Positions 26,078 through 41,000 of a stretch of DNA of 64,000 bases are shown here, in pieces (position 1 is the first letter of the stretch; the number at the start of each line of letters is the position of its first letter). The DNA lies in assembly GCA_951406725.2 (NCBI GenBank), contig OX597816.1, positions 46,810,001 to 46,874,000 of the forward strand, in the 5' to 3' direction. Source of the stretch: Octopus vulgaris. Lineage: Eukaryota. The position numbers and the translations under genes were made by a program. Under the pieces are notes generated by a model that did not search any database, was not told the DNA's origin, and saw only the letters and a program-made list of their open reading frames with translations.

Positions 26078-29000
26078 ACAGGATGGTCACAGATGGAATG
26101 CCTTTGATCAGAGATATGCCCAATCTGTTCAACCACAACTATGATTTAGATATATCCAATTTCTCTTGCAGGTATTGTTTGCAACATTCTATATTTAATC
26201 AAATATACATATTTTCTTCAGTTCCTTCCATTGCTCATTAATTCTATAATGAGCCATTACTCTACTAAACCAGTTCTCATTATCACACTATTTTCATCAA
26301 TAGAGTAAATAACCAGGAGGCGGTGAGCTGGCAGAAACGTCAGCACACCGGGCGAAATGCTTAGCAGTATTTCGTCTGCCGCTACGTTCTGAGTTCAAAT
26401 TCCGCCAAGGTCGACTTTGCCCTTCATCCTTTCGGCGTTGATTAAATAAGTACCAGTTACGCACTGGGGTCAATATAATCGACTTAATCCATTTGTCCCC
26501 TCTGTGTGTAGCCCCTTGTGGGTAGTAAAGAAATAAGAATAAATAACCAGGCTAAAATACTAGAGAGAATCCCATTGAGTGTGTGTGTGTCTGTGTTTGT
26601 CCCCCCAATACTGATTGACAACCACTGCTGGTGTGTTTACATCCCTGTAATAAGTACCAGGCTTTAAAAAAAATAATAATAATAATTACTGGAATCAATA
26701 CATTTGACTACAAATTCTTCAAGGTGTTGCCCCAGCATGGCCGCAGTCTAATGACTGAAACAAGTAAAAGACAAAAGCTACCATTTTAATAAAGGAACAA
26801 TAATTGAGTACACTGTTAAATATATACCAAAATGATCATGGCTTATGAAGGTGCATGACCTAGTGGTTAAGGTGTTTAGCTCATCATTATCAGGTTATAG
26901 GTGCAATTTCTGTAACATATTGCATTCTTGAGTAAAGCACTTCGTTTCTCTGTGTTTCAATCTATACAGTTGTAAAGTTTATTAGCCAGGTGTTGGTGCA
27001 GCCATCTCTCTAGCCATTAATCCTGGATGTTTTGATAGATCAAAGGTGAGCAGATTGAGAAGATGTCTGTTCATGATTACATAAGTACCTAAAACAGTTA
27101 GCAAAAGCATGGCATATAATACCCAGCTAATTCTCACTACTGTATACCTGTGAGACTTGGACAGTGTATGAATGCTATGCCAAAAAACTAAACCATTTCC
27201 ACATGAACTGCTTGAGAAAGCTGTTGAAAACCACCTAGAAAGGCAAGATCCCAGAAATGGAGGTCCTCTCTTGAGCTGATCTTCCAAACATTTACACAGT
27301 GCTGAGAAGAGGTGAGCAGGCCACCTTGCTTGAATGCCTGACACACAACTCTCCAAAATACTGTTTTATACAGGGGACTGGTGGAAGGCAAGCGCACACA
27401 AGGTGGTCAGAAAAAGCTCTTCAAGGATACACTCAAAGCCTCACTGAACTGCTTTAAGATCAACCCAGACACTTGAAAAATGCAAGTACAAAATCGTCCT
27501 GCTTAGCAAAGATGCACCAACAGACATTCTACCTACTATAAACAGAACAAGATTACAGGAGCACAAAGAAAACATGAACTGCACAAATCCAAAGCCAACA
27601 CCTTGCCTTCAGTCCTAGCAGACCACCAGAGCCTTCTGAGCATCCATTGTACTGATTTGTCACAGCAGACACACTGTGACCTATTTTCTCCTGTGTGATG
27701 TCCAAGTTCATTGTCGACAAAGACAAACTAATAACTCACTCATGGGTCACTATACAATTAGCTATATTGTACTTGATCATAGCTTGAACATGAATCTCTT
27801 TGGACAATCAGATTTGACACCAGACTAAACAAACATCTAAAATTGTCAAGCAAAGTGCAAGTCTAAATTATCTTGGAAAATAATTACTTTGTGTGGAATT
27901 TTAAAGAAATAAACTGGAATATTTTCAATAATGAAAGGCCCTTCTCCAGTGTGGTATGCAGGATGACTGTTTCTGTCATAATTCTGGAAAGAGACAAAGA
28001 AATATATGAACTTGATATATTGAAGTAGATTATTGTTTCTAAAGACTGCATGTGTTACCAAATGAATTCATAGAAAATAATAAAATGACTGATTCATTAA
28101 AGCTGAAATTATTAGAATGTCTGCTAACGTAACAGGTGTATAAAAGTGTTCTATAAAAAATTAAGTTTTTAATGAAAATAGTCACTAATGGTGGTTGACA
28201 TCTTTTGCAATGATTTCATAACTGCTATTTAAAAGAAAAAAGATTTTACTCCAAAAAAGGCTTAACCACAGTTAAACTAAAGCTGGAATAAAGAAATTAA
28301 AAGATACTACTGCTAGGAATGTCATAAGCCAATCTAAAGTCACAGTCTTCTATGAGGTGGTACTGGTGCCACATAAGGCGGTGAGCTGGCAGAAATGTTA
28401 GCATGCTGGGCGAAATGCTTTGTGGTATTTCGTCTGCCACTACGTTCTGAGTTCAAATTCCGCCGAGGTCGACTTTGCCTTTCATCCTTTCGGAGTTGAT
28501 TAAAAAAGTACCAGTTACGCACTGGGGTCGATATAATCGACTTAATCCGTTTGTCTGTCCTTGTTTGTCCTCTCTGTGTTTAGCCCCTTGTGGGCAGCAA
28601 AGAAATAGGTACTGGTGCCACATAAAAAAAACACCCAGTAGTCTGTGGATCTTCTTTGGTTATAAATGTACCTAGAAGGTGCCACTCTGATGTACAACTC
28701 CAAGCAAGGTTGTTTATGGAAGACCTGTAGTCTCCCATGCATACCAGCCTCCCATCTGCATGACACCGATGTTATCCAAAGGAAAAGCAAAGGCTGATAC
28801 AGCTTGGCATCAGTGACACCACAACTGATTTCTACAGCTGAGTAAACTGGAGCAATGTGAAATAAAGTGTCTTGCTCAAGAACATTGCACACAGCCTGGT
28901 CTGGAAATCAAACTCACTACCCCATGACTGTGAGCCTGGTGCTCTAACCACCGAGCCATTCACCTTCACCAATAGTTTAGTGGATTAAGTATGGAGTGCA

Positions 29001-32000
29001 AAGTCAAAGATTCTGAGTTCATAAAGTGAGATGTGATTGTGTGGTAAGAAATTTGCTTACCAATCACATGGCTTTGGGTTCAGTCCTACTGCATGGTACC
29101 TTGGACAAGTTTCTTCTTGGAACAATCAATGCCTGTCAGTGAATCTGGTAGAATGGAAACTGAAAGAAGCCCATGGTGTGTGTGTGTGTGCGCGCGCATA
29201 TTTCCCAGTCTTGACATAGCAAGATTGTTGTAAATTAAAGTCATTCATTTTCAATATCCTGCAAAAACATGTCAGGCCATGGGGGAAATAATAACTTGCT
29301 TGGAAACAGGTAATGGAGTTGGCAGCAGGAAGGGCATCCAGCCAGTGAAAAATCTGCTTCAATAAACTCCATTTGACCTATGTGTGCATAGAAAAGTAGA
29401 TTTTAAAAAGTAAATGATGATATGATTTTATAGCACCTCTAAGAAGTGTTTATTGTGTGAAACAGTTTTCAATGCTACCTATCATCATCTTCATCATTTA
29501 ATGTCCATTTTCTGTGTTGGCATGGGTTGGACAGTTTGACAGAAGCTGGCAAGGCCAGGAGGCTGCACCCAGCTCCATTGTCTGTTCTGGCACGGTTTCT
29601 ATGGCTAGATGCCCTTCCTAACATCAACCACTCCACAGACTACCAGGCGTTTTTTATGTGGCACCAGTACCAGCATCAATTCTGCTGTGACAGACAAGTC
29701 TTCCTGAGTACAGCAAACCATCAGATATCTCGTTCCTTTGTTATCTCCTTCATAAAGGTCATTATCTTTAGATCAGCCTTCAATACTTCGTCCCATGTCT
29801 TCCTGGGTCTCCCTCTTCTACAAGTTCCATTTACTTCAAGTGATTGGTACTTCTGTATGCAACTGTCTAAAAGAGAAAAGTCTTTCTCATGTACAGAATT
29901 GAGAGCTATAGTTGTGTTTTAACCCTTTTGTTTCTAACCCGGCTGAAACTGGCTCTGAGTACAAATGTCTTGTTTTCATAAGTTTTGAATTAAATTCTTC
30001 CACCAAACCTTAGTCACAATTTATGTTCCTAACACTAGCTTTATGATAACTAGGTTATTTTACTAAATTCTTTGTTATATTTAAAGTAATCGAAAGACAC
30101 AGAGAGCATCTCAAAATAAATACAGTAATGAAAGGGTTAAAGGGTTCCTGCAGCTAAAAGTATCATTTATCAAATGTATGGGGAAAAAAGAAAACTTTCT
30201 CTGAGCAAAAAACTCCTTACCTTCGAAAATCCAGCTTTTCGCCAATGTTTGTTTTTCTCTTTGGCATCCATACATTTATCATCACTGTAATTCATGCTGG
30301 AATGAATATTCTCTTTTAATGATGTGGATGATGCAGAGGTCTTGGACATGTTGTTACACAGTTGAAGAAATTGCCTAAAATTCAATTTTAAAAGTGATTG
30401 CAAAAACGAAAAACAGAATTAAACCTTTAACATTCAGACTACTCTGTCAAATGTAATGTTTATATTTTTTTATCTTTTACTTGTTTTGGTCATTAGACTG
30501 TGGCCATGCTGGGGCACCGCCTTGAAGAACTTTTAAGTCAAATGTATTGACCCCAGTACTTTTTTCTTTAAAGCCTGGTATTTATTCTGTTGATCTCTCT
30601 TGCCAAACTGCTAAGTTACGGGGGACATAAACACACCTACACCGGTTGTCAAGTGGTGATGGAGGGACAAACACAGACATAAACACAGATATATATATAC
30701 ATATATATGATGGGCTTCTTTCAGTTTCTGCCTACCAAATCCATTCACAAGGCTTCAGTCAGCCCAAGGTTATAGTAGATTAGCGTAGCCAGAGTGTGTG
30801 CTGTCTGGGGCAGCCCTTCTGTTTGCTGTCCCTAGACTCCATAAAAAATCACCTATGTACCCTACAGCAGATCCATAAGTGCTGCCCAGGGTGGATGCCC
30901 CACCTCCCACCACCACCACCACCACTAGTGCAGCTAGTGGGAAGAGTGCATCAAACTCAATATATTTTATTAATTTAATGTTATATAAAGCTTGTCTTTA
31001 CAACTTATTGCAAATTTTAGAAACATCTATTCAGATTTTAGAATTCTCTATCTGTACTTGTAATTAATTACTTCTTTGAAAGTCATGTCTGAAAAATTTT
31101 CTGTAAGGAATAAGACAAATTCACTGTATGGACATTGATAAAGTGTGTTATATCAGCATTAAAAAAAAAATAAAAAATAAAAGGTTTTATAAAAGCATTG
31201 AGTAGGCAAGTCTTTACTCAACATCAAACATTAAAAAAATGTGATGACGTCATTTAAAATGAAATTTCTTGCAGTGACTTTTCTTACACCAAAAATGTTT
31301 ATGGTGAAATTTCCTTTAACCATTTACAATAGTACAACTGTGTTTAAACAGATATTTGAGGAAATTAAAAAATTTAAATAACAATGGTGGGTGCTTATTC
31401 TGAAACTCTTTTTTAATGTTCTATTACAGTTTTTAAGACTAATCATATTTTTAAAATAACAGGTTTGGTAGATAAAAATGTATTTTGAAATACAGTCTTG
31501 CCATATAGCAGTAAACTTCAATGTGATCTTCCAACATCAAAATGTTCTCTACCTCTTGCCTAATATCTTAATTTTACTGCTGGTGTGTATCTTATACTTG
31601 TTTCACTCATTGGACAGCAGCCATGCTGGGACACTGCCTTAATCGTTTAGCATTCAGATTATTCTGTCAAATGTAATGCTTATTTATCCACATTGTTTTG
31701 AATGAGTCATACATTATCTTGTAGCTTTGAGATTTTGTTGCGGTAACTTAATTTTTTGGAATGATATTGTAGGGCAGGTGTGAGAGGCTAGATCCGGCCA
31801 GTTTGAACATAAAATATGTAGAATATTTTGGCCAGATATAGCCAATTTAAATGCTAAAGTGTTTTCAAACAAATTGCTCCTAGGACTTATAATTTTTAAG
31901 TCAGGTACTTATTTATTCCATTGGTCTATTTTGCTGAATCACTAAGTAATGGGGATGTAAACAAACCAACACTGGGTGTCAAGTGGTGATGACACAATGA

Positions 32001-35000
32001 ACTTTCCCATAGTTACCATATACATTCATAAGGCAATAGTTATCCTGGGGCTTTAGCAGAAGACACTTGTCCAAGGCGCAGTGCAATAGGATTGAACCCA
32101 AAATCACATGAATGCAAAGTAATTTCTTAACCACTCAGCCATGCCTGCAGCTACAAATGAAATATGTTTACAAAAAAAAAAAGAATTATCATTTACTGAA
32201 TAGGAAATTTTGGTTCAATATCCCCTTCATCTTCTTCATTTCCATCTTCAAATTCCTCATTATCTACAATCAAAACATCAGGACATTCAGCAGATTTATC
32301 TTTCAACTGTTGAGAAGGATGAACATGGTCTTTTGGTACAAGATAACCCCATCCGTATTTATCATCGAAATGCACAGGATAACCATCCCATGTAAGACGG
32401 AGTAATTTTGGTGTGATTCGCAGTTGAGGTGTTATTAGTGATGGTCCTGCTTCCCAGGCGGGCGCATTCATTCGAGGACAAAGTTTCCGATACCACCTAT
32501 GAGAACAGAAAAATAAAGCTTAATTACACGAACAATTCAACTGAGGGGAAATACCTCATGGGAACATATTGCTTACTCAATGCAAATACAGTAGGGTCTC
32601 ATATTCAATATTGAGCTGAAAAATTATAACTAATCAAGATTATCCAAGTAATTACTAGACAAAAGCTCCCTCAAGAAAGTTTTAAATCTCAATTCACTTG
32701 TTGCTTCTACTACTTCCTCTACAAATGTTTAACCTTTTCACAGTGAAATTAAATTTCATGTTATTCCAGTAATTAAGTTACATCACCATGATGATGATCA
32801 TCATCATTTAGCATTCGTTTTCCATGCTGGCATGGGTTGGATAGTCTAACTGGAATTGGTAAGCCAGAGAGCTGCACCAGGCACCAGTCTGTTTTGGTTT
32901 GGTTTCTACAGCTGGATACCCCCACTAATGCCAACAACTCCATAGAGTGTAAATATCTACCAAAAAATAAAATTGTTTTTTTTCTGCAGGTCACTGTTGC
33001 CTCAATAAACTTGACAGATCTCATATTGAGGATAAAGAAAAAAGGTTCTTTACTTCTAAAAAGTTTCTGAGCCTTTACAAAACATTAATATTATCACCAT
33101 TTATTAGAATGTTAATAATTATTGGAACTATTCATCTTTTCCAGTAATCCTTTCTAAAGATTTTAATACACTTAGTTAAAAGTTTAAAATAAATATCAAA
33201 GAAGAGATTAACAAATTCCAGCCCCATCAGTTGTTGAGTCCAAAGCTCAAGGGTGATCCACGATGGATATACACTTCCCACATCTAGGAGAAAACTGTTG
33301 CTGCTACAACCACATACATCCTAGATGATGTCCAAAAGAAAATAATCATCATCATTTAAATGTCTATTTTTTTTCATGGTGGCAAAGGTTGGATGACTTG
33401 ACAGGAGCTGACCAGACCAAGGAGCACACCAGGTCCCATTGTCTATTTTGACTTGGTTTCTACAGTTGGATGCCTTTCCTATCACCAACCACTTTAGAGT
33501 GTACTAGGTGCTTTTTACATGGCACCAAAACCAATGCTTTTTATGTGGCACCATCCCCAATGCTTTTATGTGACACGATCATACCCAAGTAATTGGTATG
33601 GAGTCACTCATCAATCTCTAACCAAATACATAATCAAAGGATCAAAGGTTCTTCCTGAGCCATAGACTCATAAGGCTGGTTTCCTGGATTGCATGGCATA
33701 TATACTCTTTCCCTGGATGGGATGCCAGTCCCTCACAGGGTTACTCACTTTTACCAACTGAAAGGATTGGAGCAACAGGAAATGAAGTGTTTTGCTCAAG
33801 AATACAATACATCACCCAATCCTTGAATCAAAAAGCAATCTTATGATCATGAGTACAACACCCTAACCACTAAGCCATGTGCCTCCATATGATCTCTACA
33901 TTGTCTTTTTTACCACTACAACAGTGGATACAACATGGTTAAATGAAGAAAAAGTTTCATTCACAATCCTAAGGTCCCAGGCTCAATTCCACCATGTGCC
34001 ATCTTAGGCAAGTGTCTTTTACCATAGCTTTGGGTTGATCTTAGACTTGTGAGTGAAATTGAGTAAATGGAAACTGTACAGAAGCCTGATAAAAGGATTG
34101 TACACGGATTCCACCTGAGAATTACACTAAGGATTCATATTGTCTGAGGAATACTCAGCCACTTATACACTAATTCAAAGAAAAAATAGATTAGTTTGAT
34201 CAAACAAGTGAATACTCATCACCAAAATCAACAAAGTTCTGTTCATTCATTTTACAATGACATCTGCTCCTCAGAGTTAGTTGGTTTTCTCCCACACAAA
34301 ACACCCATCTCCCTTCTCTTCATTACCTATGCTGTACCTCCTCCCCCTCAGTCATTATACTAACCACTATATTGTCAATCCTTTCAACATACAGTATCAA
34401 TTTTCCAGAATTCCCCCTCTTCCTGGAATCATCAACTTTCATTTGTTCAAAATGAACACCAACCACATGAATCTTATCAATCATGGAAGGCCATACAAAT
34501 GTCATTAAGTGGAATCTCCTCTTTTTGTCTAAACAATTAACACATTATTAAATAATCAAATACTTCATGAGCAGAATTCAGCTTTACACACAGCATATAA
34601 CCCCTCGTAACTTTTTTTTATTTTTGAAATAAATTTTCAGAAAATTTTTACAAATTTGTGTTCCACACACTGGAATTCATACAACTATGCAAAAAGAAAA
34701 AAAAAGAAAATTTTTTTTAAATTTTATATTATGATGAGTTAAGAGGTGTTTAGCTGTCATTTTTAGCACATCTCATGACCACCTTATAGTGTCCTCAATT
34801 TGTTTGTCACTGACGTATTGAGGTTTTTCAATATCTTTCTCCCCATAAACACATTTAATGGTCAATTGCTAGTATTTAAGCCAAAAATTCAAACTGTATT
34901 TTAACCTACTATTTTAAAAATAAAAAAACATCCGAAAAATTAAAAGTATTTTTTTTTTTTATTTTGTAAAATTAAAAATTGGGGGGGGAGGGGTGCATAG

Positions 35001-38000
35001 TCGTATGAATTCCTGTATGTAGAACACAGATTCTGAAACATTTTCTGAAAATTCCCCAAAATCAAAAAATTATGAGGGATTATATGCCACACATAAAGCA
35101 GAATACTGTCATTTCATGTTTAAAAAAATAATTTCAAAATTATCTTACTCCGGATATCCTGGTTTGTGAGCGGGCCGTTTGTACAAAGAAGAGGCTGTTA
35201 AGAGGATTTTCTGAAACACAGTTTCAAATTCATCATCTGACTCATCAAGACTAACTGAAACTTTTTTCTAAAAAAGAGAAAAACAAAGAATTAATGTGTA
35301 AACAATGCAACAAATGGCAAAATAAAGCTAATAAATTAGTCATAAAAAGCAAATATATCTTTATGGAAAACAGACGTTAAATAAATGATGATGATGATGT
35401 TTCAGTCATTAGACTGTGGTCGTGCTGGGGTAACACCTTGAAGAATTTGGAGTCAAATGTATTGACAGTAGTACTATTATTTTCTCTTTAAGCCTGATAC
35501 TTATTCTATCAGTCTCTTTTGCCAAACTGCTATGTTACAGGGCCATAAGCACACCAGCACCAGTTGTTAAGCAATGGGGAAGGGGAACAAACACAAACAC
35601 ACATAAATATATACATATATACGATGGGCACTTTTCAGTTTCTGTCTACCAAATCCACTCACAAGTCTTTGGTCAGCCTGAGGCTATAGTAGAAGACACT
35701 TGCCCAAGGTGCCATGCAGTGGGACTAAACCTCGAACCATATGGTTGAGAAGCAAACTTCATACCACACAGTTATGACTGACTATATTTATATTTATATA
35801 TATATATATATATATAATCATTTAATGTCCATTTTCCATGCTGTCTGTGATATTGCTGCACCTCTTATGTGCCCATAGTTTGCACTGGGTACATCTGGAG
35901 TTTCTACCTATGCCTTTTCTACATATCGAGCAGGGTTATCTACCTGAAGGGATATGTGATTTGTCCGCTTTACTACTTTGGTTTATGCTAAATTAACTCT
36001 AAAGCCCTTTGATTCTAGACCTTGTTTCTACACCTGAAATTTCTTCTTGAACAAAAGGGAGCTGAGGACTGATTCTTGGTGAACTCTGACATGCATCCTA
36101 AATTCATTGCTATACTCATTGACAACCCTCACCTGACAGCATCCCTGCACATGGCTTGTACAGTTCTCACCAACCACTCATCTATTCCTAGTTTCCACAT
36201 TGACCACCAGATAAGGGAGCAGGGGACCTTGTCAAAGGCTTTCTCCATGTCAACAAAAGCCAAGTACACAGGTTTATTTTTGACAAGGCACAAACAAGAC
36301 TGTATGAGTAAGAAGCTTGCTTCTAAACCATGTGATCATAGGTTCAGTCGAACTCTCTCTTTACTCTTTTACTTGTTTCAATCATTTAGCTGCGGCCATG
36401 CTGGAGCATTGCCTTCAGTCGAGCAAATCGACCCCAGGACTTATTCTTTGTAAGCCTAGTACTTATTCTATCGGTCTCTTTTGCCAAACTGCTAAGTTAC
36501 GGGGACGTAAACACACCAGCATTGGTTGTCAAGCGATGTTGGGGGGGACAAACACGCATACATATATACGACGAGCTTTTTTCAGTTTCCGTCTACCAAA
36601 TCCACTCACAAGGCTTTGGTCGGCCCAAGGCTATAATAGAATACACTTGCCCAAGGTGCCACACAGTGGGACTGAACCCGGAACCATGTGGTTGGTAAGC
36701 AAGCTATTTACCACACAGCCACTCCCGCGTCCATGTGTGACATTTTGGGCAATTATCTTCTACTATAGCACTGGGCCAACCAAAGCCATGAGTGGATTTG
36801 GTAGATGGAAACTGAAAGACAACTGTTGCATATACATATGTGCATGTGTGTGTGTATGTGTGTGTACAGGGGTGTCCTTTTGTCCCCCTGCCCCACTGCT
36901 AAACAACCAGTGTTGGTTTGTTTACATCCCTATAACATTGTGATTTGGCAAAGCAACCCAATAGAATAAATATTAGACCTTTCAAAGTGGTGCCCCAATA
37001 TCACCACACCTCAATGACTGAAACGAGTAAATGATAAAAGATAAAACAAATAACAACTCTGGAAATTTATAAGATTGTCTTAAGAGAGAAGAGAAAGTCT
37101 GATGACAAAAAAAAAACTCCAACACCAAAGCTTGAATGCATTAATTCTCTTCTGGTCAGCTTTCTTTAGTGTCCAGGTCTCACATCCATATGTTGCTATT
37201 GGGAAAACAATTGCATTTGGTAGCGAGTCTAATGTCTCTACTCTTCCAGACCCTGCTCATGCTGACCATTGCCTCTCTGCCTAGTACTATCCGCCGTCTT
37301 ATTTCTGGAGTGCAGTCACCATCTCAATTTATTTTGGAGCCAATGAAGATGAAATCATCAACCATTTCGATCTCTTCATTATTGATCTTGATGCTGATGT
37401 ATACATACATATATATATATATACACACGATGGGCTTCTTTCAGTTTCCATCTACTTTCTGCACCTATACTTAACTATACAACCATATCTGTGCCTTATA
37501 TATCTTTTATCTGTTTTAGTCATTAGGATGCAGCCATGCTGGGGCTCTGCCTTGAAGAATTTCTTTTAGCTGAATGAATCGACCCCAGTCCTTATTTGTT
37601 TTTAAAGCCTGGTACTTATTCTAACGATCTCTTTTGCCAAACCACTAAGTTTTATATATATGAAAATTACTTACCTTAGCTGGAAGTTTCTTCGTTTTAA
37701 ATTTTGCAACAGACCAGTCTAAATCCCACAGCCAAACATCATCTTTATATCTATATTAATGAAAGGAGATAAAAAACAAAATTTACAAACTTACATAGCA
37801 ATGTAAAGTTGTGTGACTTAAACCAATATTCAGTTTAACATAACTACAAGGCAATAGGGTGCCTTTAATTGCATTTACTCTATTGCAAGAACTTGGGGTA
37901 GATGCCTTTAATTGCATTTACTCTATTGCAAGAACTTGGGGTAGATTTTCAATCTAAAAGTAACTCTCTGTTTTACCCATCAGTTTCAGACGTCTTGGAA

Positions 38001-41000
38001 AAATTCATGGGTGCTGCCTTCCACCTTTACTGACTATATTCATCATCATCATCGTTTAATGTCCGTTTTCCATGCTAGCATGGGTTGGACGGTTCGACTA
38101 GGGTCTGGGAAGTCAGGAGGCTGCACCAAGCAGTATTTCTACAGCTGGATGCCCTTCCTAACGCCAACCACTCCGTGAGTGTAGTGGGTGCTTTTTATGT
38201 GCCACTGGCACAGGTGCCAGGGGGAGGGCTGGCAGCGGCCACAATCGGTTGGTGCTTTTAACATGCCACCAGCACAGAAGCCAGTCAAGGCTTTTTCTCT
38301 TTTACGTGCCACCGGCACAGGTATCACTGTTTAGGTAATTCTCTGCTGAGTCTTCCAGAGATGCTTCCAGCCACCTCAGTCCTCCATACATCTTGTTAAC
38401 TTGTCAGGAGTTTCCAGTACTACATCTTCCTTTAGAGTAGTCACGGGAAAACTGCAACCTGGGGGGCATGTGTAACAACTAACTTGAAATTTTTTTTAGT
38501 AATGCAGCCCACCTGCTGATAAGACGTGTCTCATGCAGGTCACCGAAAAGGGTTACTCTTTTACTTGTTCCAGTCATTTGACTGTGGCCATGCTGGAGCA
38601 CCGCCTTTAGGCGAGCAAATCGACCCCAGGACTTATTCTCTGTAAGCCTAGTACTTATTCTATCAGTCACTTTTGCCGAACCGCTAAGTTACGGGGACGT
38701 AAACATACCAGCATTGGTTGTCAAGCGATGTTGGGGGGGACAAACACAGATACTCAAACATATACACACACACACACATACATATATATATATACATCTA
38801 TACGATGGGCTTCTTTCAGTTTCCGTCTACCAAATCTACTCACAAGGCTTTGTCAGCCTGAGGCTATAGTGGAAGACACTTGCCCAAGATGCCATGCAGT
38901 GGGACTGAACCCTGAACCATGTGGTTCGTAAGCAAGCTACTTACCACACAGCCACTCCTATGCCTATATAGATATATTGGGGTTGTCCAAGCCTGCTTTA
39001 GAACATCCATATATGTAAGCATGGAATGCTCTTTCCTTTGACATTTTGTTGGTTTCCATAGCACCAGCTGTCAGTCAGGCTGGAAACTCCAGATGTCTCT
39101 GACATTAACAACATAGCCTTATTCTTCTGATAGTTTTTTTCATTCAAACCTAGCAACCTCCTATACATACAATTGTTACTAACATGCTTTGACAAAGACA
39201 GGTTTTAAAAAATTACAATAGTTAAATTCGGGTGAACATGTAGAAAGCATAAAAAATCTGACAAGAAATAAATACGTAGATAGAAAACAAACAATATGAA
39301 TCTATTATTAATTATATTTGTATTTTTCCAGCAAGTAGGGATGACAACTCCAGCTATGTTTTATTCTTATTCTGACCTTCTCTGCAAAGCATAACATTTA
39401 TTTATTTGCATTAAACCTGTTAACACCTAAGCGCCTACTACTTTTCATGTAGGTACAATCTTTAAATTACAACTTTTATACCATTAACCTTGTTTAAAAA
39501 ACCACCACCACCAATACCAACCACCATAACAAGAGAATGAATGAGCCTCTTGTTGATCGCTCAACCTACTAGAAATAGCAGTCAAATCTCACTCCTATCA
39601 GATCCTACTGCCTGAGAGAAAACTGAGTGAACAAGGGAGACTTTACGTGGTTGCTCAATCTGCTAGAAACAATAACCAAATCTCTCTCCTATCACACTTG
39701 ACTGTCTTTAAAAAAAAAACACACATTTGGTGTTAGACTGACAAGAAAACACCTTTGATCATGAGTGACTTAAGGTTAAATAACAACAAAGTCAAAGTGG
39801 ATAATGTAGTTTTAGATGGGCATAGGCAACCTTCTTCAAGAAGTCAAGAAGTGAGCCACATGAAACATGGCTGAGCATTAGGTGGGCCACACTATTAAAG
39901 ATGTAACAGGATCTGGTATCGGTATCACTGAAAGGGTGTCGATCCGATCCCGTCACATACAATTTAGTTAGATATAACAGACGAAGTCAGGTTATCGGTG
40001 AAAGACAGCAGTTTGTTTATTAATTGCGATGGTGTATGTGTATCTGATGGGAAAACGACAGCCGAATCTGTTGTACAGCTTCTTGTTCGTTGGTTGAAGT
40101 GGTTCGATGTCGTCCGCGGCTAAGTCGCACATGCGCATGGGGAAGACTTCCGGTGGCCACCCGGAAGTAGTCCCATTCTGCGCATGCGCGCTGAACCTTA
40201 CACAGTAGCATCACTACATGGATATTCAAAGTAATTTTATGTTTACATGCCAATCATAAAGTCTCAGGAGCTGCAGTTTGCTCATGACTGTTCTAGATAT
40301 ATAAACTTGAAAATATATAATATGGATGGTCATTGCTAGAATATCAGAACTGAGGAGGGGGCTAAACAACAGCATCCATAAGAAGAAACACCAAAACATA
40401 GCCAAACAAATCTAAAGATATAGTTTTCAATCACACAACTTTGTTGACTTAACATTTTTTTTAAAAACAGATTATAAAAAAACAAAAGAAGATAAATAAC
40501 CTATTATTATGCAAAAGTTCACAAGCTGTATCGGCCAGCTGGATTAACAACAATTTCAGTTCTCTCTGGTAATCATTATAGCTATCATTAGCTCTCTGTT
40601 TGTAGAGTTCCCAGTTTTGATTAATTGGCAGGTAGGCATTGCCCATCTCCAGCATACCAGATAATGTAACAGGATGAGGAAACCTAATAAAAGAAGAAAG
40701 TGGTTGTTAAATTATGTACATTTTGTCAGTTGTAAAGCTGATTTCTTTTTATCTTCTACTTTTTTCAGTCACTGGGCTATGGCCATACCGGAGCACTACC
40801 TTGAAAGCCTTAGTTGAACAAATCAACCCATATACCTATTTTTAAGTCCGGGACTTATTATATCATTCTCTTTTGCAGAACTGCTAATTCATGGGGATGT
40901 AAACAAACCAACACCAGTTGTCAAGCAGTGTGTATATGGGGAGTGGGGTTACAAAAATGCACAGATCAATAGTATAAGTACCAGACTTTAATATAAATAA

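Noticed and set aside
36317-36943. 208-aa ORF and similar short ORFs across the window
   Set aside because: Translations of SINE copies; the same peptides recur at each copy.
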